A stretch of 64,000 bases of DNA from Gammaproteobacteria bacterium. GTDB lineage: Bacteria; Pseudomonadota; Gammaproteobacteria; Eutrophobiales; Eutrophobiaceae. The position numbers and the translations under genes are program-made. The stretch is from assembly GCA_965116495.1 (NCBI GenBank), contig OZ220696.1:224001-288000 (forward strand), in the 5' to 3' direction. Positions 11,455-19,952 of the stretch are shown in pieces; position 1 is the first letter of the stretch; each line of letters opens with the position of its first letter. The notes beneath the pieces are model-generated. The model did not search any database. It worked only from the letters and a program-made list of their open reading frames with translations, and had not been told where the DNA came from.

Positions 11455-12426
11455 ATGGAACAACAGAATCAATCGGTTAATTTTCTCGATTTTGAGCAAC
11501 CTATTGCTGAACTGGAGGCAAAGATTGAGGAGTTACGTCATGTCAGTGATGACGGTGAACTGAATATTCACGATGAGATCACCCGGTTGCAGAAACGCAG
11601 CAAGGATCTGACCCAGGCTATTTTTACATCACTCAGCGCCTGGCAGATTTCCCAGATAGCCAGGCATCCGCTCAGACCCTATACCTCGGATTACGTGGGC
11701 AGGATTTTTACCGAGTTCAACGAACTGCACGGCGACCGTAATTATGCCGATGACCCCGCCATGCTGGCCGGTATTGCCCGTTTTGAAGGCGAACCGGTGG
11801 CGCTGATCGGACACCAGAAGGGGAGAGATATAAAGGAGAGAATTTACCGGAATTACGGGATGCCGAAGCCCGAAGGTTACCGCAAGGCGCTACGCATCAT
11901 GCAATTGGCGGAAAGATTTAATTTACCGGTAGTGACTTTTATCGATACGCCGGGGGCTTACCCGGGAATTGGCGCCGAAGAGCGCGGGCAAAGCGAGGCT
12001 ATTGCGAGAAATTTAATGGTCATGTCGGAGTTACGCACCCCTGTGATCGCAATTGTCATCGGTGAAGGAGGTTCTGGCGGCGCGCTGGCAATCGGCATAG
12101 GAGACAGGTTGAATATGCTGCAATACAGCACCTATTCGGTCATTTCCCCCGAAGGATGTGCGTCCATACTATGGAAAGATGCGGGCAGGGCTGAAGACGC
12201 AGCGGAAGCCCTGGGGGTAACCGCACAAAAGCTGCAAAAACTGGATGTGATTGACTGCATAATTGATGAACCCCTGGGTGGGGCGCACAGGGATTACGAC
12301 CAGGTGGCGGCCAACGTCGGTATGGAGATAAAAAAACAGTTGGCCGAACTGAAACAGGTGACCATCGACAAACTCCTGGATACCCGCCAATCACGGCTTC
12401 GCTGTTACGGGCACTATAATGAGTAA
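11455..12426 (+). CDS. accA: Acetyl-CoA carboxylase carboxyltransferase alpha
   Basis: [42 protein letters not shown]. Confidence 0.98.
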   Translation: MEQQNQSVNFLDFEQPIAELEAKIEELRHVSDDGELNIHDEITRLQKRSKDLTQAIFTSLSAWQISQIARHPLRPYTSDYVGRIFTEFNELHGDRNYADDPAMLAGIARFEGEPVALIGHQKGRDIKERIYRNYGMPKPEGYRKALRIMQLAERFNLPVVTFIDTPGAYPGIGAEERGQSEAIARNLMVMSELRTPVIAIVIGEGGSGGALAIGIGDRLNMLQYSTYSVISPEGCASILWKDAGRAEDAAEALGVTAQKLQKLDVIDCIIDEPLGGAHRDYDQVAANVGMEIKKQLAELKQVTIDKLLDTRQSRLRCYGHYNE

Positions 12427-12469
12427 AACAGGGGAGAGGGTTTTCATCCATACTGACTGACAGAATATT

Positions 12470-13801
12470 GTGAGTAAACTCTCGGAGAACCTTTCAGCCT
12501 TCCTGGAGACCCTTCCAAGTTGTAAACGTTTTCTTATAGCCTATAGCGGCGGTCTGGATTCCCATGTATTGCTGCACCTGATGGCCACCCTGGATGAGGA
12601 ATCCAGCGTCTGCATCAAGGCGATACACATAAACCACAATATACAGCGGGAAAGCCGGGCCTGGGCCGGGCATTGCCGGGATACCTGCTGCGCCCTGGGG
12701 GTTGAATTTGACGTGATTGACGTTGATGCCGCCCGGCCCGGCAAGGAAAGCCCGGAAAGCTGGGCCAGACAACTGCGCTACGCAGCAATTGAGAATATTC
12801 TGACGGAGGGTGAAATCCTGTTGACCGCACATCACCAGGATGATCAGCTTGAGACCTTGTTGTTGCGTTTGTTGCGCGGTTCGGGGGTACTTGGACTGGC
12901 GTCAATGCGTCCCGTTCGGCCATTCGGCAGAGGGTTGCATGCGCGCCCGCTGCTCCACCAGTCACGCGATCAGTTAAGCGATTATGCCGTGCGTAACAGC
13001 CTGGTCTGGATTGACGACCCCTCGAACACGGATAAACGCCTGGACAGAAATTTTGTCCGGCATGAAGTGCTTCCAGTAATAAAGAACAGGTGGCCCTCGG
13101 TAGCCTCGCCGGTTACACGGACCATCCAGATATTTTCCGAAACCCAGGAGTTGCTCGACGATGTGGCGCAGCAGGACCTGCAGGGGTGCAGCACACAAAA
13201 ACCGGATGTACTGGCCATAGACCGGTTAAAAAAACTGTCAACTCCACGGCAGAAGAACCTGGTGCGTTACTGGAGTCGAACCTTGGACCTGCCGTCTCCG
13301 GACAACCGGTCTGTGTCACACATCGTTACCGGGGTAATACAGGCAAGACACGACTCAAAAGGACGGGTCAGGTGGAAAGGCGCGGAATCGCTGCGTTATG
13401 GAAATTACATCCAGCTTGCCGGGCCGTTGAAAGAAATTGACAAGTCAGCGATACGGGAATGGGACTTCGCCGGGCCATGCCCCCTGGAGTTTGGCGAACT
13501 GATCGCGGAGGAGGGTTACGGCAACGGGTTGAAAAAGGAACTATGCAACGGTGCGAGGGTAGAAATCCGCTACCGTTGCGGCGGGGAGAAAATCCGTTTG
13601 CCGGGCAGGACCTGCAGGCATAAGATAAAAAAACTGTTCCAGGAAACCGGGACGCCGCCCTGGCTGCGGGAACGCGCGCCTCTCATCTACGTCGGTGACC
13701 GGCTTGCCATGGTGGCGGGTTTCTGGACCGATGCGGACTTTGTTGCCGCTGCTGACGAACCCTCCTGGACGATTACCTGGAATTATGGCCGGAATGCATG
13801 A
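12470..13801 (+). CDS. tilS: tRNA(Ile)-lysidine synthetase
   Basis: PP-loop AYSGGLDS, TAHHQDDQLET, DPSN, C-terminal KKLFQE.G.PPW.R. Confidence 0.96.
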   Translation: MSKLSENLSAFLETLPSCKRFLIAYSGGLDSHVLLHLMATLDEESSVCIKAIHINHNIQRESRAWAGHCRDTCCALGVEFDVIDVDAARPGKESPESWARQLRYAAIENILTEGEILLTAHHQDDQLETLLLRLLRGSGVLGLASMRPVRPFGRGLHARPLLHQSRDQLSDYAVRNSLVWIDDPSNTDKRLDRNFVRHEVLPVIKNRWPSVASPVTRTIQIFSETQELLDDVAQQDLQGCSTQKPDVLAIDRLKKLSTPRQKNLVRYWSRTLDLPSPDNRSVSHIVTGVIQARHDSKGRVRWKGAESLRYGNYIQLAGPLKEIDKSAIREWDFAGPCPLEFGELIAEEGYGNGLKKELCNGARVEIRYRCGGEKIRLPGRTCRHKIKKLFQETGTPPWLRERAPLIYVGDRLAMVAGFWTDADFVAAADEPSWTITWNYGRNA

Positions 13802-13821
13802 CGGGCACTGACAGGCCTCTG

Positions 13822-14084
13822 GTACTCTTTCAACTTAATATTGCCATGTTCAGCGGGTCGGGAAGCGGTTGAGCGCAAGGCACGCCGCGCAGGTAATGGC
13901 GCGCCCTTGCCAAGCGGTGTAACGCCGCGGGCGACCGCTTCCCGGCCCGCCCGCAGGGAGCCACACAGCAACGCCAATACGGCGTTGCAGCCCTTGACAA
14001 GGGCGCGCCATTCTCTGCGGGCTGCGCCTTGTCTTGACGTCGCTGTGTGGCTCTGAACATGGCAATATTAAGTTGAAAGAGTAC
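13822..14084. mobile_element. 263-bp MITE, copy 1 (IS630-type ends)
   Basis: Perfect 32-bp terminal inverted repeats GTACTCTTTCAACTTAATATTGCCATGTTCAG; followed by TAG; second copy at 43754-44016 with 8 differences. Confidence 0.9.
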
Positions 14085-14108
14085 TAGTAAATCCCGGAGG
14101 ATAAGCTG

Positions 14109-14561
14109 ATGATAATAGCAATGTTTATTTCCAATAAGCGCGGCGAAAAACAAACGGCCGTCAGCAAGGTGGATGTCGTTGCCGGCGGCGGAATTGTGGG
14201 AGACAGGAATTTCCGTAAAGCACGCTGGCCCGGGCAGAATATCACTTTCATTGAATCAGAGGAGATTAATAACTATAACCAGGACTTTGCACAGGATATT
14301 CCACTGGGCGCAACACACCGAAATATCATTACACAAGGCGTCCGTTTGAATTCACTGGTCGGCAAAGAATTTAACATCGGTGATGTCAGGTTCAAAGGAG
14401 TGGAACTTTGTGAGCCGTGCTCAAAGATGGGAAAGAATCTCGAAAACCACACGATCACAAAGAGAGAGGTGGTCAGGGCGTTTGTACATAAAGGAGGGTT
14501 AAGAGCCGACATCCTTTCAGATGGTAAGCTGGCTGTCGGGATGGAAGTTATCATCACGTGA
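14109..14561 (+). CDS. MOSC domain-containing protein
   Basis: GIVGDR, RNIITQG, ELCEPC, GGLRA.I...G.L.VG pattern; GGAGG RBS. Confidence 0.85.
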   Translation: MIIAMFISNKRGEKQTAVSKVDVVAGGGIVGDRNFRKARWPGQNITFIESEEINNYNQDFAQDIPLGATHRNIITQGVRLNSLVGKEFNIGDVRFKGVELCEPCSKMGKNLENHTITKREVVRAFVHKGGLRADILSDGKLAVGMEVIIT

Positions 14562-14711
14562 AAAATACAGCTTCCTGCTTCACCTGTTTCTTCAATACAA
14601 TCAATAGATTTCACCGCTTGTCAATCGCCCGTGACTCCAGCCGGCGTGGGGTCGGCGTCCTGGTGGTGATACCTTCACCCGTACCGACGAATATCCATTA
14701 ACAGGTGACTG

Positions 14712-15431
14712 ATGATGACAAATAAAGAAAAATCCGGGAAAGCTGCACGCAGCCTGATGATGAGCGAATACCAGGGCATCCTGTCCACCCTTTCTGTTGA
14801 AGCCCAGGGCTATCCGTTCGGTTCGGTCACTCCTTACTGCTTTGACAGGCAGGGCAGGCCGGTCATCCTGATCAGCCGAATCGCACAGCATACGAAAAAT
14901 ATCCTGGCCGACCCGAAGGTGTCGCTGATTGCCATTGAACGGGATGCGGATGATATCCAGGATAATGGCCGAGTGACTTACCTGGGGGAGGCAAGGCAGG
15001 TATCAGCGGATGATACGGATACCATGGAACGCTATTACCGTTTCTTTCCCGATGCGCGGGGCTACCACAAGACCCATGACTTCGATTTTTACCGCCTGGA
15101 GTTTCACCGGGTACGGTTCATCGGCGGTTTCGGCAAAATTTACTGGGTCGAACATAACACCTTCCTGAAAGAAAACCCGTTCAGCCCCGATGAGGAAACC
15201 CGGGCAATTGAGCATATGAACCGGGATCATGCCGATGCGATAAAACATTATTGTGGTCTGGGTAATATTCCGGTGACAGGGGACGAACCTCCCGTCATGG
15301 TGGGAATCGACGGTGAGGGCTTCAACCTGTTACTGGGTAAACGCATCCATCGCTTCGGTTTTGCTGAACCTGTCAGCACGATGCCGGAACTGCGCAGTGA
15401 ATTGGTCCGACTGGCAAAGCTGCCGAATTGA
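14712..15431 (+). CDS. HugZ-like pyridoxamine 5'-phosphate oxidase family protein with DUF2470-like C-terminus
   Basis: GILSTLS, GYPFGS, ISRIAQHTKN, RFIGGFG, EHMNRDH, GIDGEG. Confidence 0.85.
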   Translation: MMTNKEKSGKAARSLMMSEYQGILSTLSVEAQGYPFGSVTPYCFDRQGRPVILISRIAQHTKNILADPKVSLIAIERDADDIQDNGRVTYLGEARQVSADDTDTMERYYRFFPDARGYHKTHDFDFYRLEFHRVRFIGGFGKIYWVEHNTFLKENPFSPDEETRAIEHMNRDHADAIKHYCGLGNIPVTGDEPPVMVGIDGEGFNLLLGKRIHRFGFAEPVSTMPELRSELVRLAKLPN

Positions 15432-15494
15432 TCAATAAACGACCAGTTGCCGGACGACCTCCCTGTGTCACAGCACTTCCAGGATCTCGGCCCT
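15360..15494 (+). repeat. ~135-bp direct repeat, copy 1 (partner 17782-17916)
   Basis: Manual alignment gives about 15 mismatches in 135 nt; covers the convergent 3' ends of the hugZ-like gene and the 17854-18459 gene. Confidence 0.9.
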
Positions 15495-15516
15495 CCGGTA
15501 TTGCCAGGGTAGCTTG

Positions 15517-15546
15517 TTGCCAAATTGCAGAATGCACGTTTATAAT
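15517..15546 (+). promoter_or_regulatory. Putative sigma70 promoter of the Phd-PIN operon
   Basis: TTGCCA (15517-22), 18-nt spacer, TATAAT (15541-46), 35 nt before the ATG. Confidence 0.6.
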
Positions 15547-15580
15547 ATGTCCTACGTTTTGCCTACAGCGAGTGTTAACT

Positions 15581-15880
15581 ATGGACTTCATTTCTATTCG
15601 TGAATTCAGAACCCAACCGGGTAAGATATGGGAAAAGCTTGCCAGGGACCACCAGGTGGTTGTCACGAGGAACGGGAAACCGTTTGCTATTCTGACTGAA
15701 ACGTCCCCGTTCGATTTGGAAACCGACCTGCAGAGTCTGCGCCGCGCCCGGTTTGGCCGTGCGCTTGCCTCTATCCGTGCTGAAGCGCAAAAGAAGGGAC
15801 TGGATAAGCTCTCTTCAGATCAGGTTAACGATATAATCCGTGATGCCAGGGAAGCGTATCATGATGAAAGCCGTTCTTGA
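15581..15880 (+). CDS. Phd/YefM family antitoxin
   Basis: MDFISIREFR...VVVTRNGKP.AIL Phd motif; overlaps downstream PIN gene. Confidence 0.85.
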   Translation: MDFISIREFRTQPGKIWEKLARDHQVVVTRNGKPFAILTETSPFDLETDLQSLRRARFGRALASIRAEAQKKGLDKLSSDQVNDIIRDAREAYHDESRS

Positions 15881-16151
15881 TACCAACGTCCTTGTCTCCG
15901 GGTTGTTATCTCATGCCGGACCACCCGGCAAGCTGGTCGATGCAATTGAAACCGGTTTACTCGTTCCGGTGTTTTCTGAGCCGATCCTGTTTGAATACCT
16001 GGAAGTTTTACTGCGTCCGAAATTTCGATTTGAACGGGAAGACATTACCGTATTGATGGAGTCTTTATATCTTTCAGGGATACTGGTTGATGAACTGAAA
16101 ATCGACACTAGTACCCTTTCAATTTAATTCTGATCGATTGGCAGCTGAAAA

Positions 16152-16415
16152 TCAATCAAGCGCCGGGAGTTGACTGCGGGGGATTGCCAGTGACAGGCTG
16201 CGCGCCACGCCGGGCTGTTTCGTGATGAGTCCCTGGTCTGCCAACTGGGTTACCATGCGATGCACAGAGGGTGGCGAGACCCGGAAATAGCGCTGTAAGT
16301 CGGCCTGAGCGGGGGCGATGCCGTTGACCTTGGTGTAGTAATGGATAAAGGCCAGGTACTGGCCTTGCTTATAGGTAAAGGTCGGGGCAATTTTTTTTGT
16401 GTCAGGGATCGACAT
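16152..16415 (-). CDS. LexA/MarR-like winged-HTH protein inside the IS
   Basis: FTYKQGQYLAFI..Y....G.AP..ADL..YF.VSPPSVH.MV..L...GLI...PGVARS, resembling the LexA DNA-binding domain; start could be 16415-16478. Confidence 0.8.
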   Translation of the reverse strand: MSIPDTKKIAPTFTYKQGQYLAFIHYYTKVNGIAPAQADLQRYFRVSPPSVHRMVTQLADQGLITKQPGVARSLSLAIPRSQLPALD

Positions 16416-16467
16416 GGCAGGCATTTTATGATCCATTATCCCTTTTATGACAAGCGGGGACAATGGC

Positions 16468-17592
16468 ATGCATATCACCTACCGGGTTGAGTTGACGGCG
16501 GCGGAGCGGACGTATTTGGAGACGTTTACATCGCAGGGGAAACAGCGTGTACGGGCGCTGAATCGGGCCCGGATTTTACTGCTGGCGGACGGACGTGGGA
16601 TGACGGACCAAGCGATCACGGCGGCGTTATCGGTGAGCACCTCGACGGTGTACCGGGTGAAGCGGGATTTTGTGGAGTACGGGTTGGAGGCGGCGTTGTC
16701 GGAAGGGTCTCGTCCGGGGCAGCCGCGCAAGACGGGGGCGCATGAGGATGCGTTGCTGGTATCGATTGCGTGCAGTACCCCGCCGTCGGGGCGGTGTCGC
16801 TGGACGCTGTCGTTGCTGGCGGAACGGTGGGTGGCGTTGACGGCTATGGAAGAGGTATCGCTGGAGTGCATACGACAACGTTTGAAGGCGAATCAGTTAA
16901 AGCCCTGGCAGCAGAAGATGTGGTGTGTGGGACAGATGGATGCGGCGTATATTGCGCAGATGGAGCATATACTGGATGTGTATGCTGAGCCGTCCTGTCC
17001 TGAGAGACCACTGGTGAACGTGGATGAGGCGGGCAAGCAATTGGTGGGGGAAGTGCAGGCGGGCACGTCGATGACACCCGGGCAGGTGAGTAAGGTGGAT
17101 TATGAATACGAGCGCAAGGGGGTGGCCAACATTTATCTGTGTTTTGACCGGCATCGTGGCTGGCGTCATGCCAAGGCGACGCACACCAAAAAAGCGGCTG
17201 ATTTTGCCGAGTTGATGCGGGAGTTGGTGGACGTGCATTACCCGGCGGCCGAGTGCATCCGGGTAGTGCTGGATAATTTGAACACGCACCAGCCTGCTTC
17301 GCTGTACCGGGCGTTCCCGGCCCCGGAGGCGCGGCGGTTATTGCGCAAGCTGGAATTTCATTATACGCCCAAGCATGCCAGTTGGTTGAACATGGTGGAA
17401 ATAGAGATCGGCAATATGAACCGGCAATGTCTGGACCGTCGTATTGACAGCATGGACTTGTTAGAATCGGAACTGGCAGCCTGGGAGACCCGACGTAACC
17501 GGGAGCGGGCCAGTATCAACTGGATGTTTGATGTCGACAAGGCCCGGACTAAACTGCACCGGGCCTATGACAAGTTAACCGGTCAGAATTAA
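16468..17592 (+). CDS. IS630 family transposase
   Basis: N-terminal HTH (RARILLL, WTL..LA), DDE triad NVDE / LDNL / YTPKHASWLNMVEIE; single uninterrupted frame. Confidence 0.95.
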   Translation: MHITYRVELTAAERTYLETFTSQGKQRVRALNRARILLLADGRGMTDQAITAALSVSTSTVYRVKRDFVEYGLEAALSEGSRPGQPRKTGAHEDALLVSIACSTPPSGRCRWTLSLLAERWVALTAMEEVSLECIRQRLKANQLKPWQQKMWCVGQMDAAYIAQMEHILDVYAEPSCPERPLVNVDEAGKQLVGEVQAGTSMTPGQVSKVDYEYERKGVANIYLCFDRHRGWRHAKATHTKKAADFAELMRELVDVHYPAAECIRVVLDNLNTHQPASLYRAFPAPEARRLLRKLEFHYTPKHASWLNMVEIEIGNMNRQCLDRRIDSMDLLESELAAWETRRNRERASINWMFDVDKARTKLHRAYDKLTGQN

Positions 17593-17781
17593 ATTGAAAC
17601 GGTACTAGTGAATTTAACGATGTGCGTGATGTGCCTTTCTATACTGCTGCGATACAGGAAAACAGTGTTTTAATTACCGGAAATCTAAAACATTTCCCCC
17701 TTGATGGGCCTGTTGAGGTTTTGACTCCGAGGCTGGCGTTGAATAAATTGGAGGAGTTATCCTGATCCCGGGCGACCCGAA

Positions 17782-17916
17782 TTTGCCGAAACTGTCAGCA
17801 CCATGCCGGAATTGCGCAGTGAACTGGCCAGGCTGGCAAAGCTGCCGATTTGATCAATAAACGACCAGTTGCCGGACGACCTCCGTATGTCCGAGAACTT
17901 CCAGGATCTCAGCCCT
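17782..17916 (+). repeat. ~135-bp direct repeat, copy 2
   Basis: About 89% identical to 15360-15494. Confidence 0.9.
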
Positions 17917-18459
17917 GATGCCGGTAATGGTTTCCTCTCCAAGCGCGGGGTCGTCCCGGGTGAGCACCAGGACCGTGGCCGGATGGACGAAGGTGTCTTT
18001 TACGTGGTAGCACTCCGGCGGCGCTTGCGGCAATGCGCCGTCGTGATGATAGTCCTTTTCCGGTACTTCCAGTGTAATGTCAGATATCTTTGTCTTGAGT
18101 TCCAGAGCTTTTCCCAGGTATTCATTGCACTGTGCCAGGCGGAAACGGGCCCAGTCCATAATCTTTTCGCCCGCTGAGAGCAGGACGCCAGCCTGCCGGT
18201 CAACCTCGTTCCTGCCGGCATTGTCATCAAGTCCATCCAGCAGCTTCCTGCCCTCGATCTCGTATTCGGCCAGCATCACCGCGATGGCCTGGCGTTGCTT
18301 TTCCTCTTCATCCGTGTCAATCGCCGCTTTCTCGACAGCCTGAGCCTGAGTCTCGCTGAGTTTGGTGTTGCTTGCATACAGGACTAGAGGCGTGAACAGG
18401 ACTGCGCTTGTTAACAGCGTGCATATGGCCAGGCTTTCAGTGTGCAACGGACTTGACAT
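17854..18459 (-). CDS. Hypothetical exported protein
   Basis: 201-aa ORF with signal-peptide-like N-terminus and YHHDGALP...CYH.KD..VHPAT motif; family not recognised. Confidence 0.7.
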   Translation of the reverse strand: MSSPLHTESLAICTLLTSAVLFTPLVLYASNTKLSETQAQAVEKAAIDTDEEEKQRQAIAVMLAEYEIEGRKLLDGLDDNAGRNEVDRQAGVLLSAGEKIMDWARFRLAQCNEYLGKALELKTKISDITLEVPEKDYHHDGALPQAPPECYHVKDTFVHPATVLVLTRDDPALGEETITGIRAEILEVLGHTEVVRQLVVY

Positions 18460-18570
18460 AGAATGACAGTAACCTGTAAATGGATGATGTCAAGGCTTAT
18501 CCGCCAGAGCAAAGCCAACAAAAACCAAAAGCTTTCGGTAGTAAATGAACTCCAGGATTATACTGATTAA

Positions 18571-19173
18571 ATGATCAAGCCGTATTCCGCCGCCTGCGAT
18601 AACAACCGGCAACCAATCCTCGATATTATTGAGGTGTTGCTTGCCGGCTGCAAGGAAGTTCTGGAGATCGGCAGTGGTACCGGCCAGCACGCCGTCTATT
18701 TCGCAGAAAAACTGCCACACCTGGTCTGGCGCAGCAGCGACCTGCGGGAGAATCATGCAGGCATCGAAGCATGGCTGAGTGACGCAAGGCTGGCCAATGC
18801 ACCGGCGCCGCTGGAACTGGACGTGAACCAGGCGCACTGGCCAAGGCTAAACGTGGACGCAGTATTTTGCGCAAATACGATACATATCGTCGACTGGGAC
18901 TCGGTCAAGGCCATGATAGCCGGAGCAGGGAGGCTATTGCCCGACAAGGGCATATTGGCGCTGTACGGCCCGTTCAACTACAACGACGCCTACACCAGCG
19001 AGAGTAATGCGAGATTCGACATCTGGCTGAGACAGCGGGACCCGGACAGCGGTATCAGGAACTTTGAAGATGTTGACGAACTGGCAAATTCAGCAAACCT
19101 GTACTTGCAACAAGACTATGCCATGCCGGCGAATAACCGGCTTATTTGCTGGAGAAAACGATGTTGGAAATAA
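18571..19173 (+). CDS. DUF938 family SAM-dependent methyltransferase
   Basis: N..PIL, LEIGSGTGQH, ANTIHI, YGPF, SN..FD..L, MPANN. Confidence 0.9.
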   Translation: MIKPYSAACDNNRQPILDIIEVLLAGCKEVLEIGSGTGQHAVYFAEKLPHLVWRSSDLRENHAGIEAWLSDARLANAPAPLELDVNQAHWPRLNVDAVFCANTIHIVDWDSVKAMIAGAGRLLPDKGILALYGPFNYNDAYTSESNARFDIWLRQRDPDSGIRNFEDVDELANSANLYLQQDYAMPANNRLICWRKRCWK

Positions 19174-19214
19174 AATGGCCTTGTCAATCAGGTAACGAAT
19201 GAACGTCTGTCAGA

Positions 19215-19547
19215 CTATCGGCCGGCAGCCTCCGACAGTTTTTCTTTAGCCCACCGATTTATGCTGACGCCCTTGATTCCTGCCGCCTCGGCTACCGCAG
19301 CATGTACTTCCGGATCAATGCGCAACAAGAGTTTTCCCGAATAGGGTTTATTCGGGGCCTCTCCACGTTCGTCACAGCTGTCCAGGTAGAATTCAACCGC
19401 TTCTTCAAAGGCATTACGAACTTCGCCTACGTTATTCCCATGGAATGTTATGATGTCACGGATGCCAGCCACGCGGCCAACGAAGCATCCGTCCTCGTCA
19501 CTGTATTCGATTCGTGCCGGGTATCCTTTGTAGCGCATTGGTTTCAT
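19215..19547 (-). CDS. hicB: HicB family antitoxin
   Basis: YKGY.ARIEYS..D..FVG.V.GI.D.ITF.G, KPYSGKL.LRI.PEVH, S.N.W. Confidence 0.92.
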   Translation of the reverse strand: MKPMRYKGYPARIEYSDEDGCFVGRVAGIRDIITFHGNNVGEVRNAFEEAVEFYLDSCDERGEAPNKPYSGKLLLRIDPEVHAAVAEAAGIKGVSINRWAKEKLSEAAGR

Positions 19548-19798
19548 GGTGTTACTCCCATACGTTTGAGAAACTCCCGTGCAGCGCGAACCTGATAGGG
19601 TTTGGCCTCCTTGCGTGGATGAGGACGATGGAAATCAGCCCGTAATATACCGTACTTGAAAGCTATTCGGGATCCACCGCCTCTAATCACGTCACAACCC
19701 ACAGAAACAAGAAGTGTCTCAATTTGTCTCCATTTAATATTTGAGGATACCGGGTCGGTGAAAATCGCTTCGAGGTTCTTACGCTTACGACTGTTCAT
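19544..19798 (-). CDS. hicA: HicA family mRNA interferase toxin
   Basis: L.AIF..P...NIKW..IE.L, G.GSR, FHRPHP.KEAK.YQV; ATGA overlap with hicB. Confidence 0.9.
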   Translation of the reverse strand: MNSRKRKNLEAIFTDPVSSNIKWRQIETLLVSVGCDVIRGGGSRIAFKYGILRADFHRPHPRKEAKPYQVRAAREFLKRMGVTP

Positions 19799-19801
19799 AT
19801 C

Positions 19802-19828
19802 ATATGATATCAGATTATAATATCACAT
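19802..19828. promoter_or_regulatory. Inverted-repeat operator upstream of hicA
   Basis: TGATAT-N9-ATATCA palindrome immediately upstream of the hicA start. Confidence 0.55.
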
Positions 19829-19952
19829 ACAAGTGCTTTTGTCATCACTTCAAACGGACCATCAATCCCCAGCCCTAAACCCTCATGATCAGGGCACTGC
19901 ACACTCCGCGATATTCCGTTTTAAGAGAAACTGAGGCGTGGCGCATGACTCG

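Larger units (their letters stand above)
16111..17605 (+). mobile_element. IS630-family insertion sequence (1495 bp) with passenger gene
   Basis: 26-bp TIRs GTACC(C/G)TTTCAATTTAATTCTGA(T/C)CG, TA duplication (16109-10, 17606-07) in CTAG context, DDE transposase. Confidence 0.95.
15861..17765 (+). pseudogene. PIN-domain toxin gene interrupted by IS630
   Basis: 5' part MKAVLDTNVLVSGL (15861-16110). Removing the IS and one TA restores the frame: ...IDTSEFNDVRDVPFYTAAIQENSVLITGNLKHFP...EELS* ending at 17765. Confidence 0.9.

Noticed and set aside
13783-14153. Short ORFs overlapping the MITE copies (also 43762-44028 and the 43745-43909 extension of the hydantoinase ORF)
   Set aside because: GC-rich palindromic DNA gives spurious open frames, with no protein-like motifs
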